A stretch of 45,278 nt of DNA, counting the filler, from Jimgerdemannia flammicorona (lineage: Eukaryota), in assembly GCA_003990765.1 (NCBI GenBank). It is 2 parts of 2 records of this genome, joined end to end, with 100 filler letters (N's around TTAATTAATTAA, not from the genome) between each part and the next. Parts side by side here need not be neighbours in the genome. Positions count along the whole stretch, not along the records: positions 22,697 to 45,278 come from RBNJ01001243.1; 1 more part is not named here. One strand, 5' to 3'. Below, one piece after another: positions 36,104 to 45,278 of the stretch. The position numbers and the translations under genes were made by a program. Each line of letters opens with the position of its first letter. Within the stretch, counting starts at the first letter, position 1. Below the pieces are notes generated by a model that did not search any database, was not told where the DNA came from, and saw only the letters and a list, made by a program, of their open reading frames with translations.

Positions 36104-36464
36104 ATTGTTAGTCTCTTTTTGCTGAAAATGTTGTCGAAAGTGCCTTCCAAAGGTTGTGTAACCTGAATGGTACTGGAAAGAGATATGATTATATATAATC
36201 TATATGCAGCAGTAGTGTTTTTCTGGATTAGGCCAGTGGAGTTCCTAATGTAGGTTAGGTCTGGGGCTAGAAGGTTCTGCAACTGCTCTCTAATTGCATA
36301 GTAGACCTGTAGCTAGTGGACTAGCAGTAGACATTTGGGCAAGGTGAGGTTCTCCTAATGCATCTGGATTTATTGGAGGGAGTTTTCATTGGCTTGGTGA
36401 AATTGTGGTAGGGGAACTAGAAGTGATTAGAATGAACTCAGGATAAGGGTCTGGAGACACTGGT

Positions 36465-37480
36465 CAATTGTCTGGTTTATAGTATAGAGAGAGGTATATC
36501 TTGAGGTGGTTGATATATACTAGTGTTCTCAGAGTTTGCTCATCCATACTTCTTAAATAGATGCTAGTTTCTCTGATATTGTATACAAGATAAGGTCCTT
36601 TCTATTAAGCTCTAGTTTTGTAGCAAAGTTTATTTTAATCATACTTCTCTAAACTGTACTTGATCTTTAATCTTGATCTTCTGATCCTTCTGCTTCTGAT
36701 CATAATACTTCTTTTGTCTTTCTTAGACCTTAATAACCTAGACTTGTACTTGATTATATAACTGTTCTGCTTTCTTAAAGAGGTCTCTGAGGTTCTTATG
36801 GTCAGCAGTTCTTGTTTTCTTAACAAACATCATCTCAAATAATTTTTGTTTGGTAGAGACAATAGGAGTGTTCTGAATTTCCATAGGATTTCAGATAAGC
36901 AGAGGTCCCAGTTGGTAGGATTGACTTGGACAAGTCCTTTCTTAATGGTCTAGTTGATTTATTCTATCATACCATGGTCTGAGGGTGGTATGATGTGGTC
37001 TGTTTAAGATGGATCTAATTGTATTATTGATGAATTCTGTGCCTCAGTCAGAGATGAGTCCTGGAGGTCTATATCTGAGTGTGAGTCCATAGAGAAGACC
37101 TACAATGGTCAAGGTATCTGCAATTTCTATTGGAAAAGCTTCAGGCCACTTGGTCAGATATTCTACAAATACTATGATGTACTTGTTTCTTCTTGGTATA
37201 TGTAACTGGTAGAGGTCTAATTACATCTACTCTCCATCTCTAAAAGATGTTGTCTGGTAGTACAATTGGTTGTAGTAGTGCTTGATAGTTCTTCCTTTCT
37301 TGATACTTCTAGCAGATGTTATATTTCTTGAGTATATCCCAGACTTGTGTTCTGAGATTGGGCCAATATTGGTATATTATTCATAGCTTTTCTTCTATAT
37401 TCACCTGTTCTTGGTAGGCTTTCTGGTGCTCTTTTCAGATGAGATCTTCTTGTACTTTGACAGTCTGAGGGGCTTCTTTT
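36465..37480 (-). pseudogene. Gypsy B integrase, decayed
   Basis: KYIIVFVEYLTKWPEAFP; TTSYHPQT; QKKYYDQK; KGPYLV (GPY/F); INHLKIY. Confidence 0.85.
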
Positions 37481-37559
37481 AGGGTGTAGTTCCTTGTTAT
37501 ATCCTTCTTCTGGTTCATTGGAGTTGGTGAGAAAGTATATCAACATTATTGTGAGCTTT

Positions 37560-38891
37560 CCCTGCTTTGTAGATAATGGTGATTTTGCAATCCTGAAGAA
37601 TAAGACTCTAGTGGGCTAGGATTCCAGTGAGTTCCTTATAGTTGAATTGCTATTTCAGGGCTATATAGTCAGTTACCAGAGTGAACCTTTTTCTAATGAG
37701 ATAATGCTTGAACAGAGTGACCACCCATATGACTGTAAGGCATTCTAGTTTGGTGCTACCATAATTGGTTTGCTGCTGATTAATTGCTTGGCTTGCATAA
37801 GCTATTACATAGTACTGTTGGTCATATCCTTCTTGGGCTAGAACTGCTCCAAGACTATCTTTGGAGGCATCTGTGTACAAGATGAATGGCTTCTGTAGAT
37901 TGGAGAATACAAGGATTAGTGCTGTAGTTATGCAGTGCTTGAGTTCCTTGAAGGCTAGTTCTGTGATTCTGTCCATTTGTAAGATACTTCTTTCTTGAGA
38001 AGGATTCAGATTGGGGTGGTAATTTGGGCAAAGTCCTTGATAAATCTTCTATAGTAAGATACTAGTATCAGAAATAATAGTGTTTTCTTTGGGGTCTTGA
38101 GTATTGGCCAATTGTGGATCTTCTCAGTTTTCTTTAGATCTTTATGAGTTCCTTTTTTCAAAACTATAAATCCAAGGAACTTAAGTTTCTGTTTTCCAAA
38201 GTAGTATTTCTTAGCATTGAGTCTCAGGTGATTTTTATGGGTGAGCTCAAAGAATTCTTCTAGGTAGTACAGGTGTTCCTTGAAATTTGCTGAATATATG
38301 TTAGAATTATCTATATATGTATATAATCAGGCAGTGGTGAATCAATAGACCATAGACTGAGTTCATCATTCTCTGAAAGGTGGGAAAGTCCAAAGGATAT
38401 TCAGAGATATTCAAACAGTTTTCCTAGAGCAAGAAAGATTGTTTTCTAAATGTTTTTGGAATCTATGGGGATCTCATGAAATCCTGTGAAAAGATCTATA
38501 CTACTGAAGTATCTGGCATCTTGTAACTGCCTAAGAGATCATTGGTTCTAGACAAAGGATAGGTATTCTTTTTGGTGACTGAATTGAGTTTCCTGTAGTC
38601 TATACAGAGTCTCCATTCTTCTTTCTTTGGTATAATAAATATAGGGCTGGCCCAGAGGCTAATAGAAGGTTGGATAACTCTATTGTCTATGAGTTCTTGA
38701 ATGTGTTCCTTTTCAAATATCTTTAGGTAATGGGGTATTCTGTAGAGTTTCTGCCAGATGGGTGTTGTATTTCCTATATTTATACTGTGGTAGTATGATA
38801 GATTATATGGCAGGTTGCCATAATCAGTGATGAAGATATCTTGATATTTGTTGAGGGGTTCTACTAGTTGTTGCTGTTGCTGGGGTATCAA
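37560..38891 (-). pseudogene. Gypsy B reverse transcriptase and RNase H, decayed
   Basis: WASPIFIIPKKEEWRLCIDYRKLNSVTKKNTYPL; YIDN (from YIDD); FILYTDASKDSLGAVLAQ; YGSTKLECL; LVTDYIALK. Confidence 0.93.
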
Positions 38892-39326
38892 TTCATCTCC
38901 AATATTGATAGAAGGCTTTACTGTCTCCTGGATTACACAGGGGCCTTTCCTTTCTTCTGAGATCTTTTGCCATTTTCTGATAAGTTTAGTTCATAAACTT
39001 CTCTGTAAGTTCAGTTGAGGAAGAGCACTAAATGTCCTATAATGGTTTCTTTTGGTAAGATAATGCTTTCCTGGCTCTTATTAGTTGCTCAGAGTATACT
39101 GGATTCATCTTGTCAGGGAATATATGTCCTTTAATGTCCAGATTCAGGATATCTTCATTGGGTTTGAAGAAGAGATTCCTGGGGTCTGTGGTGCAAAGAT
39201 TTCGAAGGTGATTTGCTTGCCAGGCTACAGGATGAGATTCTTGTACAATTTGACTGGTTGATGATATACTTGCTGAGGGGCATTCTTCTTGAGATAGTTG
39301 ACTTGAAGGAGATATACTTTCTTCAT

Positions 39327-39740
39327 ATCTGAGCTTCAAAATCCTTCAGCTTGCCTTATTTCTTTAGTTAGTTTAGAGACTTCTTATAATTGGGGGGTCT
39401 TGACTTTCATGAAGACTGCTTGAGCAATCTTCTGTCTTCTAATAATTTAGTACTATTCAGTATATTACTATTATGCAGGATGATCTTGATTTCACCTATA
39501 TATTCTGGGTCAATGGTTCCTCCTTTCACAGTTATTCTTTATCTGGCAAGTCAAGACCTTGAGGTCAGTTGGCTATAAGTTCCTTAAGGTGGCTGTATGA
39601 CTAGTCTAGTTCTGAATATCAGTGTTCTTCCAGGCTTGATGAGTTTATCCTCCAGACTGTAGAGATTATACCCTACATCTTCTTGGTGATCTTTGGTTGG
39701 GAGTTTGGCCTTGTGGTGTAGCAGAACATACTGGACAATA
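39327..39740 (-). pseudogene. dUTPase domain of gypsy B (between PR and RT)
   Basis: KAKLPTKDHQEDVGYNLYS (motif 1), SRS*LA (2), GGTIDPEYIGEIKIILHN (3), QKIAQAVF (4, after a frameshift), RQAEGF*SSD (5). Confidence 0.9.
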
Positions 39741-41029
39741 TCCTTGCTGAGTTCAGGCTATCCTTGGGCTGAAGCTTTACTGGCAGGAAGTCTCCATGCT
39801 CTGAGGTTGAGGAGTAGCTATCTGGCTCCAGTAGAGAGATCTTAGAGATAGTTGATTGCTCTTTTTCCTATAGAGTCTGGGCTTCCATGAAGTTGGTGGC
39901 ATCTTCTACCCATTCTCAGTGAGTTGTATGTCTGATGAGAGCTAGAATATCTTCTCTCAAATCATAGATCTTGAAAATCCTTCTTTCTGGTTTCTTAGTC
40001 TGGCTTTTTCAGATCTGAGTTCTGTTGTCTCCTCTCTTTAGAGTATAAACTACAACATTCTGACTGAGGTGAATCTTCTGGTATCTGCAGTCTCAGCAGT
40101 CTGGGTGTCTTCTATGGTTGCAATATTCCATTACTCAAAAATGCTGTTCCTGGTTATTGATCTCCTATTGTCTTGGGAATAGGGATCCATCTTAGTCATA
40201 GATTGAGAGAAGAGTGGCCAAGAGATATACTTCTGTTTGGGTAAAGAGACCTTGTCCTCTAAGTCAACTTTGTAATCTTGTGGTGACTACTTGGAAGGTA
40301 GTTGACTATACAACAGTAGTTGGAAGTTCTAATCTTTGGGGTCTCTATCTTTCTTGTTGATCCAGTAGATGGCACTGATAGCAGTAGTCTCAGAGAGAAT
40401 GGAAGATCATTTGATGTAGACATCTTCCTAGCCAAAAGGCTCTTTATTAGTATGTTTCTTACTTTGGAATAATAGAGATAGTGCTGGGTCCTTCTTCCAT
40501 ATTCCAGGAGTCATTATCTTTAGGTGGTATCTAGTGAGAATCATCCCAGGAAATGAGTTCAGGGATCTCTTTATCTTTCAATACTTCTTGTTCAGGAATC
40601 TCCTATTAAGGGGTTTCTTCTTCCTCAGATAATACTTGACCCCAGATTGCTTGTACTTCTGCAGCTTTGGCTGCAGGTGTCTCTGAAATATATCTGCATT
40701 TCTTCTTCCTTCTTCTGTACTCAGGGCAGGCTGTATCAGGTGAATTCCTTGTCCCAATGATCTTAGAGGAGTGCTTGGGGTATATGTGTCTCTTGAGACA
40801 GGTGGGGCATCCTTTGATCTGTCCTACAATAACTCTGATTGTGATAGGAATGGTGTTCCTGGCTTACATATTGTCTTCTGGACTGTTATCTACTAGGTTG
40901 ATTCAGGGATTAAGTCAGGGATCATTTTCAAGTTCAGATTCTTCTTCCTCTTCTGTAGTAGACTCTGTACTGCTGGCAGATTCTTCCTGAATGGTAACCT
41001 TCTTCTTCTTCTTCAATTACTCATAGCTG

Positions 41030-41232
41030 GTCATCTTAACTCTATACTTCTTGTCTCAGTAGTCAAACTTCAGTACTTGTTGACTAATATCAACAACTGT
41101 ATTCATTTCCTTCATCCAGTTGGTTCCAGAGGTTATATCATAGGTGACAGCTTTGATGATAACAGCTTTTGAGATAGAGAACTGAATGTGTCTAAGAGAG
41201 ATAGTATAAGAGGGTTTACTTTTTAGGGTAAC
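41030..41232 (-). pseudogene. C-terminal half of gypsy B aspartic protease
   Basis: YDITSGTNWMKEMNTVVDISQQVLKFDY (ILGxDW-type motif); the catalytic half is displaced by the insertion at 41233. Confidence 0.7.
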
Positions 41233-42695
41233 TGTTACACGGTTTTCTGGAAGTTCTGGATATTCTGGAAGACCGTTTTCTTAAGGTCAAGATCAATTTC
41301 ATATGGAGTATATCCTATATACTTATTGATTTCAAGATCAGGTTGACATCTCAACCAAGTCCTTTTTCGGACTAGTTCTGGATGTTCAGGATTTTCTGTA
41401 TTTCAGGAAGTTCAAGAAACTAAGGCCAGCTTAGTTGAATTGGCATATTGCTGCAGACAATACCCAATTAGGAAATTTCATGACAGGGTTAGGAGTGGGA
41501 TCTAATGGGGAGTGGATTTACTTAAGAATGGTTTGTGGGTTATTAAATAGGTTTATTCACTATTCATGATATTGCTATACTAGGAGTAGTTGTGTGAAGG
41601 AATATTGTGGGGAAGTGCTCAGGAGTTGTGTTTGGATTGTTCAAGTCTTCAAGTCTGAGATTCTGAGGTCTAGGGGAGGGTGTATTTATACTAGTAAGGG
41701 GCTATCTGGACTATACTAGATATGGATATAGTACTTAGTGCCTTGCTGAGTCAGAATGCAGTCACATAGTACAAATGTGATCTGATATATCAAGAGATTA
41801 TCTGACTGCTGAGTCAGTTCACAGTCACATTGTACAAGGCTAATCTAACTATACTATGACTGCTAAGCTATTTATAGATTGAGATACTATCTGGTTAGTC
41901 TTTGATGATATCACTATTGATGACATCATTGCTGGCAAAGTCTGAGCAGTTTTCTGACTTCTGACATCATCAGTTTCAAAGGTATCATCACTTCTATCTC
42001 TTATAAGATTAAGGCTGTCCTTGGTAGCAGTGGTTGTATAAGGATAACAGGTCTCGGTTCTCTTTTTTTTTGGTCTGCTGGTACATTTGCAAGGACTGGC
42101 CATCCTTGTCTAGGGCGAGGGCTCCCAATGTCATGGCTGGGGGTTCGAACCTCTTGGAAATGATATTTTCTATAATCCGAGGCAATTTCTAGTAGTAATA
42201 TCTGTCATGTGGATGGCTTGAGATTGGTTTCAATGATGTTGGCTTTCTTGAGTTCAGATGAAGCATCTGTCACTCTCCAATGGAGGTGACACAGATAGAG
42301 CGAACAGAGTTGTTCAAATGTATTTTACTTCTGCTAAGTAATGAGGTCTTGTATAGTCACAGTATATCTTGATCTTGAGTTGATAAGTGTAGTTCATGAA
42401 CCTTTTGATGGATAAGATAGGGTTCTTCTTGTCTTGGTTTGGTCTTGGTACTTTCGGTTCCCTTTTGTAATAGTACAGTATACTAAACTAGTTATAGAGA
42501 TTCAGAGTTGATCTTATGGTTATAGTACTTCTTCTGGTATTCTTGTATCTTGGCAGTGGGTTCTTATGCTTGCTGGCATATTTTGTGTAACCAGATGATC
42601 TCTTCAGTAACTTGTTTTGTAGTCTTGCATGTAGTTTCCAAATTAGTTCTGAGGATGACATGCGATTTTGGTGGCTTGGAGGTTGTGCACTTATA
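41233..42695 (-). repeat. Putative 3' LTR region of gypsy C (alternative boundary 41233-42049)
   Basis: PPT AAGAAGGGGAGAG then T(A<G)TAAG at 42695; ends GTGTAACA at 41233; TATAAATA at 41683-41690; a second TGTTA...TAACA pair bounds 41233-42049. Confidence 0.6.
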
Positions 42696-42779
42696 ACTCT
42701 CCCCTTCTTAGCTTTTGACATCCTCATTGGGATCTTCTAATTTGTTCTAGTGTTGTTGTACCATTTGGATGGTTCTTGT

Positions 42780-42860
42780 GGCCACATTTGTTGAGGATTT
42801 GTTCAACTTTGTATTCTTCTTGGTCATTAATAATGACAGATGCAGGTGGTTCTGTGGTTT
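42780..42860 (-). pseudogene. N-terminal part of a chromodomain
   Basis: PPASVIINDQEEYKVEQILNK matches the chromovirus PPPVII..EEYEVE.IL.K pattern. Confidence 0.75.
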
Positions 42861-43079
42861 GGTTCCGAAATATGTCTTAGACTTTCTGGAGCAGAGGTTT
42901 AACACAGCTATCAACTTTGGAAAAGTCTTCTTCAGAGTTCTTGGGTTCTCCTTTGGATGGGCAGATGGAAATGGCAAAGAGAGGGTATTTCTTGGCCAAT
43001 TTCTTGAGCTGTAGCTTATTGATGTGGGTGATCTTTGGTCCAGGGTTGCTAGAGCTGAGTGGGTCCTTTTCACCTTGCA

Positions 43080-43430
43080 GTTTGAAGTTATAGTGTCCTT
43101 TCTTGATGGTCAGAGAATGGTTTACCCAATCAATCATGAGGTTTTCTTGTTTTAACCATGGGGTTCCAAGGATGATTTCATTATCAGAAAGTGGTACAAT
43201 CTGAAGGGTAACATATACTCAGTAGTTACCAATTCAGAAGAGTAGATTACAGACTTCCTTGCTAATGACATGGGAGGTTCCATCAGCTGTGGCAACTGCT
43301 TGAGTTTGTTGTACTGGAGAGGTGAAGACCTTGAGTCTGTTGGCTGTTTCTTCATTGATAAAGTTGCCTGAGGCACCACTGTCTATCATAATTTTAACAG
43401 ATGCTCAGTTGACAAAAGCTTGAAGTGTAA
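43080..43430 (-). pseudogene. Gypsy C aspartic protease
   Basis: IMIDSGASGNFINEE...VATADG...IILGTPWLKQENLMIDW. Confidence 0.92.
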
Positions 43431-43650
43431 GTAGTTTGTCTGATCTAATGGTGGTAATTTTGGTTATAGGAGCTTTTCTTCTGTTGGTTCTTCTTTGAGC
43501 CAGTTCATTGATACAAGAGAAGCAATCATCGATTATTCAAGAAGAGTACATTCCAATACTGTGAGGGCATTGGCCACTTGGTATATATCTGTCTTCGATT
43601 TTCTTATAGAATTGTTCTTCTTTGCTCATGGTGGGTTGGGCTGGGGCCTT

Positions 43651-44064
43651 ATTTGATGAGCCAAATCCTTTGGATCCTCGGATAGTAGGTAGTAGTTCAG
43701 GGACTTCCTTGACTATCAGGGTTGACTCAATTTTTTTGAATAGGATCTGGGCAATGCAGAAACCAATGGAGATCTTGAAGGGTATCTAACTATGGTTTCA
43801 GATGAGGACAATAATTTCGCCTATATAATCTTCATCAATGACTCCTCCTTCTACTGAGAGTCCTTTCAATGCTAGACTGCTGCGACAGCATATTCTTCCA
43901 ACATGTCCTTCAGTGATTTGGATGCTAATTTCTGTGTAGACTTGCTTAACTTCTCAGTTGGAGACTGTAGCTTCTTTGGCTGCATACAGGTCATATTCAG
44001 CTGCCTTTTGACTTCCTTTGGTTGGGGCTTTAGCAGTTTGTCTTAACTTGACAAAGTCCAGTGT
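43651..44064 (-). pseudogene. dUTPase domain of gypsy C (between Gag knuckle and PR)
   Basis: AKAPTKGSQKAAEYDLYA, RSSLA, GGVIDEDYIGEI, IAQILF, RGSKGFGSS: all five motifs in one frame. Confidence 0.95.
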
Positions 44065-44129
44065 TCTGGTAGTCAGATTATTGAGGTGGTGCAGAGTAGT
44101 AACAGTTGCTCATGTTGCTGTTCAGGGTT

Positions 44130-45122
44130 TTTGGTTAGAGCAGGCACTGGCCATGTATCCTGTCTTTTGGCAATAGAAGTATACTCTGCTTCTTCGAAGT
44201 TCATTCCTTTCTCCTTCGGTGAGTTTCTTGAAAGTACTTGGTTGGGTGGGTTCATGATTTCTGGGTGTCTAAGAGGTGGATGTGGAGGGAGTTCAGCTTC
44301 ATGCTTGGGTTCCTCTTTCTTGGTCCAAGTCTTTTTCTTGTTGTTGAATTGTCTTTGGAGCAGAATTGGTCCAGCTGTTAGGATTCACTTGACCATAGTC
44401 TTGATTCTTACCAGGCACCATTGTTGATGGTCACAACCAACTGAGTGGCCTTGTTCTCAGATTTTTCTAGTAAGCTATTCAGGTAGTGCATCGAATAGAT
44501 GGTCTGCTCTTATACCATTTCGTGCTTTGTCATTGGCAATGTATCCTAGGGCAACAGTGTTCAGGAGTGACTCAAGTTTTGGACAGAAGGTTTCAAATTC
44601 TTCTTTGCCATATATATTGAATTTGAGGTTGCAGAGTTTGACTTGAGATTCAGCAATCATGGTTTTGCTGTAGTATTGAGCAATCATGAGTTGTTTCAGT
44701 CCAGGGGCTGCAGGATGGGCTCTATATCCTGGGGTATTGTTTGCTGCATTTTGAGTAACTACTGCAGGTCAGGTGTCCCATGTGAGGGGTTTCTCAGAAA
44801 GGGTTTGCCACCATTCTTCGGTGGATTCTTGGAAGAATGTAACAACTCAGTAGACATAGGCTATAGTAGTAGCAAAGAGTTGTTCCAGAGTGTGGTCTTG
44901 ATTATTTGTCAGAAGGCAGTCAGCAACTTACTCATTGGTCCATTGATTGGCTTCAAAGTTGTTGTCAACTATACTAATGAAGCTTTGGACTTCTTGTATA
45001 GTACCATTGAAGGTAGGTAGGCTCAGATTTTTGGTAGGTCAGGTCTGTTCAGCTAAGGTAGTAATGGTTGTTGTCATTATGGCTACTTGGGCTGTGAGGT
45101 CTAGAATCTGTTGGTTTGCCAT
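44130..45122 (-). pseudogene. Gypsy C Gag with terminal CCHC knuckle, decayed
   Basis: LPTFNGT..EVQSF; EEWWQTL; KLTEGERNELRR.RV(C>Y)FYCQKTG(H>Y)MASAC. Confidence 0.8.
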
Positions 45123-45278
45123 TGTTACTAGAGGTGGTTAGACTGCTGGTAGTAGTATTACTGGTACTACTTGAGGTACTGGTGCAGAGTGTGAGGGTGT
45201 TCTTTGGGTCTGTGTAAGTTGCTGGAGTAATAGTTGTGGGTCTGGAGTGAGGGCTCAATAGATAGCTGTTTTTTTTTT

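Larger units (their letters stand above)
30263..36186 (-). mobile_element. LINE copy 6 (subfamily A1), full length, 64-nt poly(A), 16-17 bp TSD
   Basis: T-run 30263-30326; TSD GATTATATATAATCTA at 30247-30262 and 36187-36202; 5' ATATCTCTTTCCAGTACCATTCAGGTTACACAA. Confidence 0.97.
29073..41232 (-). mobile_element. Ty3/gypsy element B (PR-X-dUTPase-RT-RH-IN-ORF3-PPT-LTR), split by LINE copy 6 and cut at its 5' side by another LTR
   Basis: Domains in order on minus; the flanks of LINE6 rejoin through its TSD. Confidence 0.88.
41233..45268 (-). mobile_element. Ty3/gypsy (chromovirus-like) element C: Gag-ZnF-dUTPase-PR-chromodomain remnant; RT/RH/IN absent
   Basis: One frame from the zinc knuckle (~44180) to EEYKVEQIL (~42795), then PPT and LTR. 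Confidence 0.85.

Noticed and set aside
39327..39740. dUTPases as host or viral genes
   Set aside because: Both lie within gypsy polyproteins, lack introns and share the decay of the elements.
41233..42049. Solo LTR with TGTTA...TAACA ends
   Set aside because: The flanks (GTAAC and GGTCT) do not form a TSD; kept only as an alternative LTR boundary.
45269..45278. Terminal T-run as the tail of another LINE
   Set aside because: It is cut by the window edge, so its origin cannot be determined.

Overview
Gene-free eukaryotic (probably fungal, by inference) retrotransposon nest. No host genes, rRNA, CRISPR or confident tRNA were found. It holds six copies of a G-rich L1/Tx1-like non-LTR retrotransposon family, all with an intact 5' end, plus an older LINE relic. 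It also holds a full-length Ty1/copia element (153-bp LTRs, CTATT TSD, half-tRNA-iMet PBS) nested in an older copia relative, and at least three Ty3/gypsy elements. Two of the gypsy elements carry dUTPase, in different positions. One has the order PR-X-dUTPase-RT-RH-IN plus an extra 3' ORF. The other has Gag-ZnF-dUTPase-PR joined in frame to a chromodomain start, with RT/RH/IN absent. Every element shows C>T/G>A decay, and its severity follows the nesting order. A synthetic 100-bp gap (44N+TTAATTAATTAA+44N) splits the window at 22597-22696. All translations outside the ORF track and all alignments were done by eye, so boundaries are approximate unless a TSD or LTR terminus fixes them.
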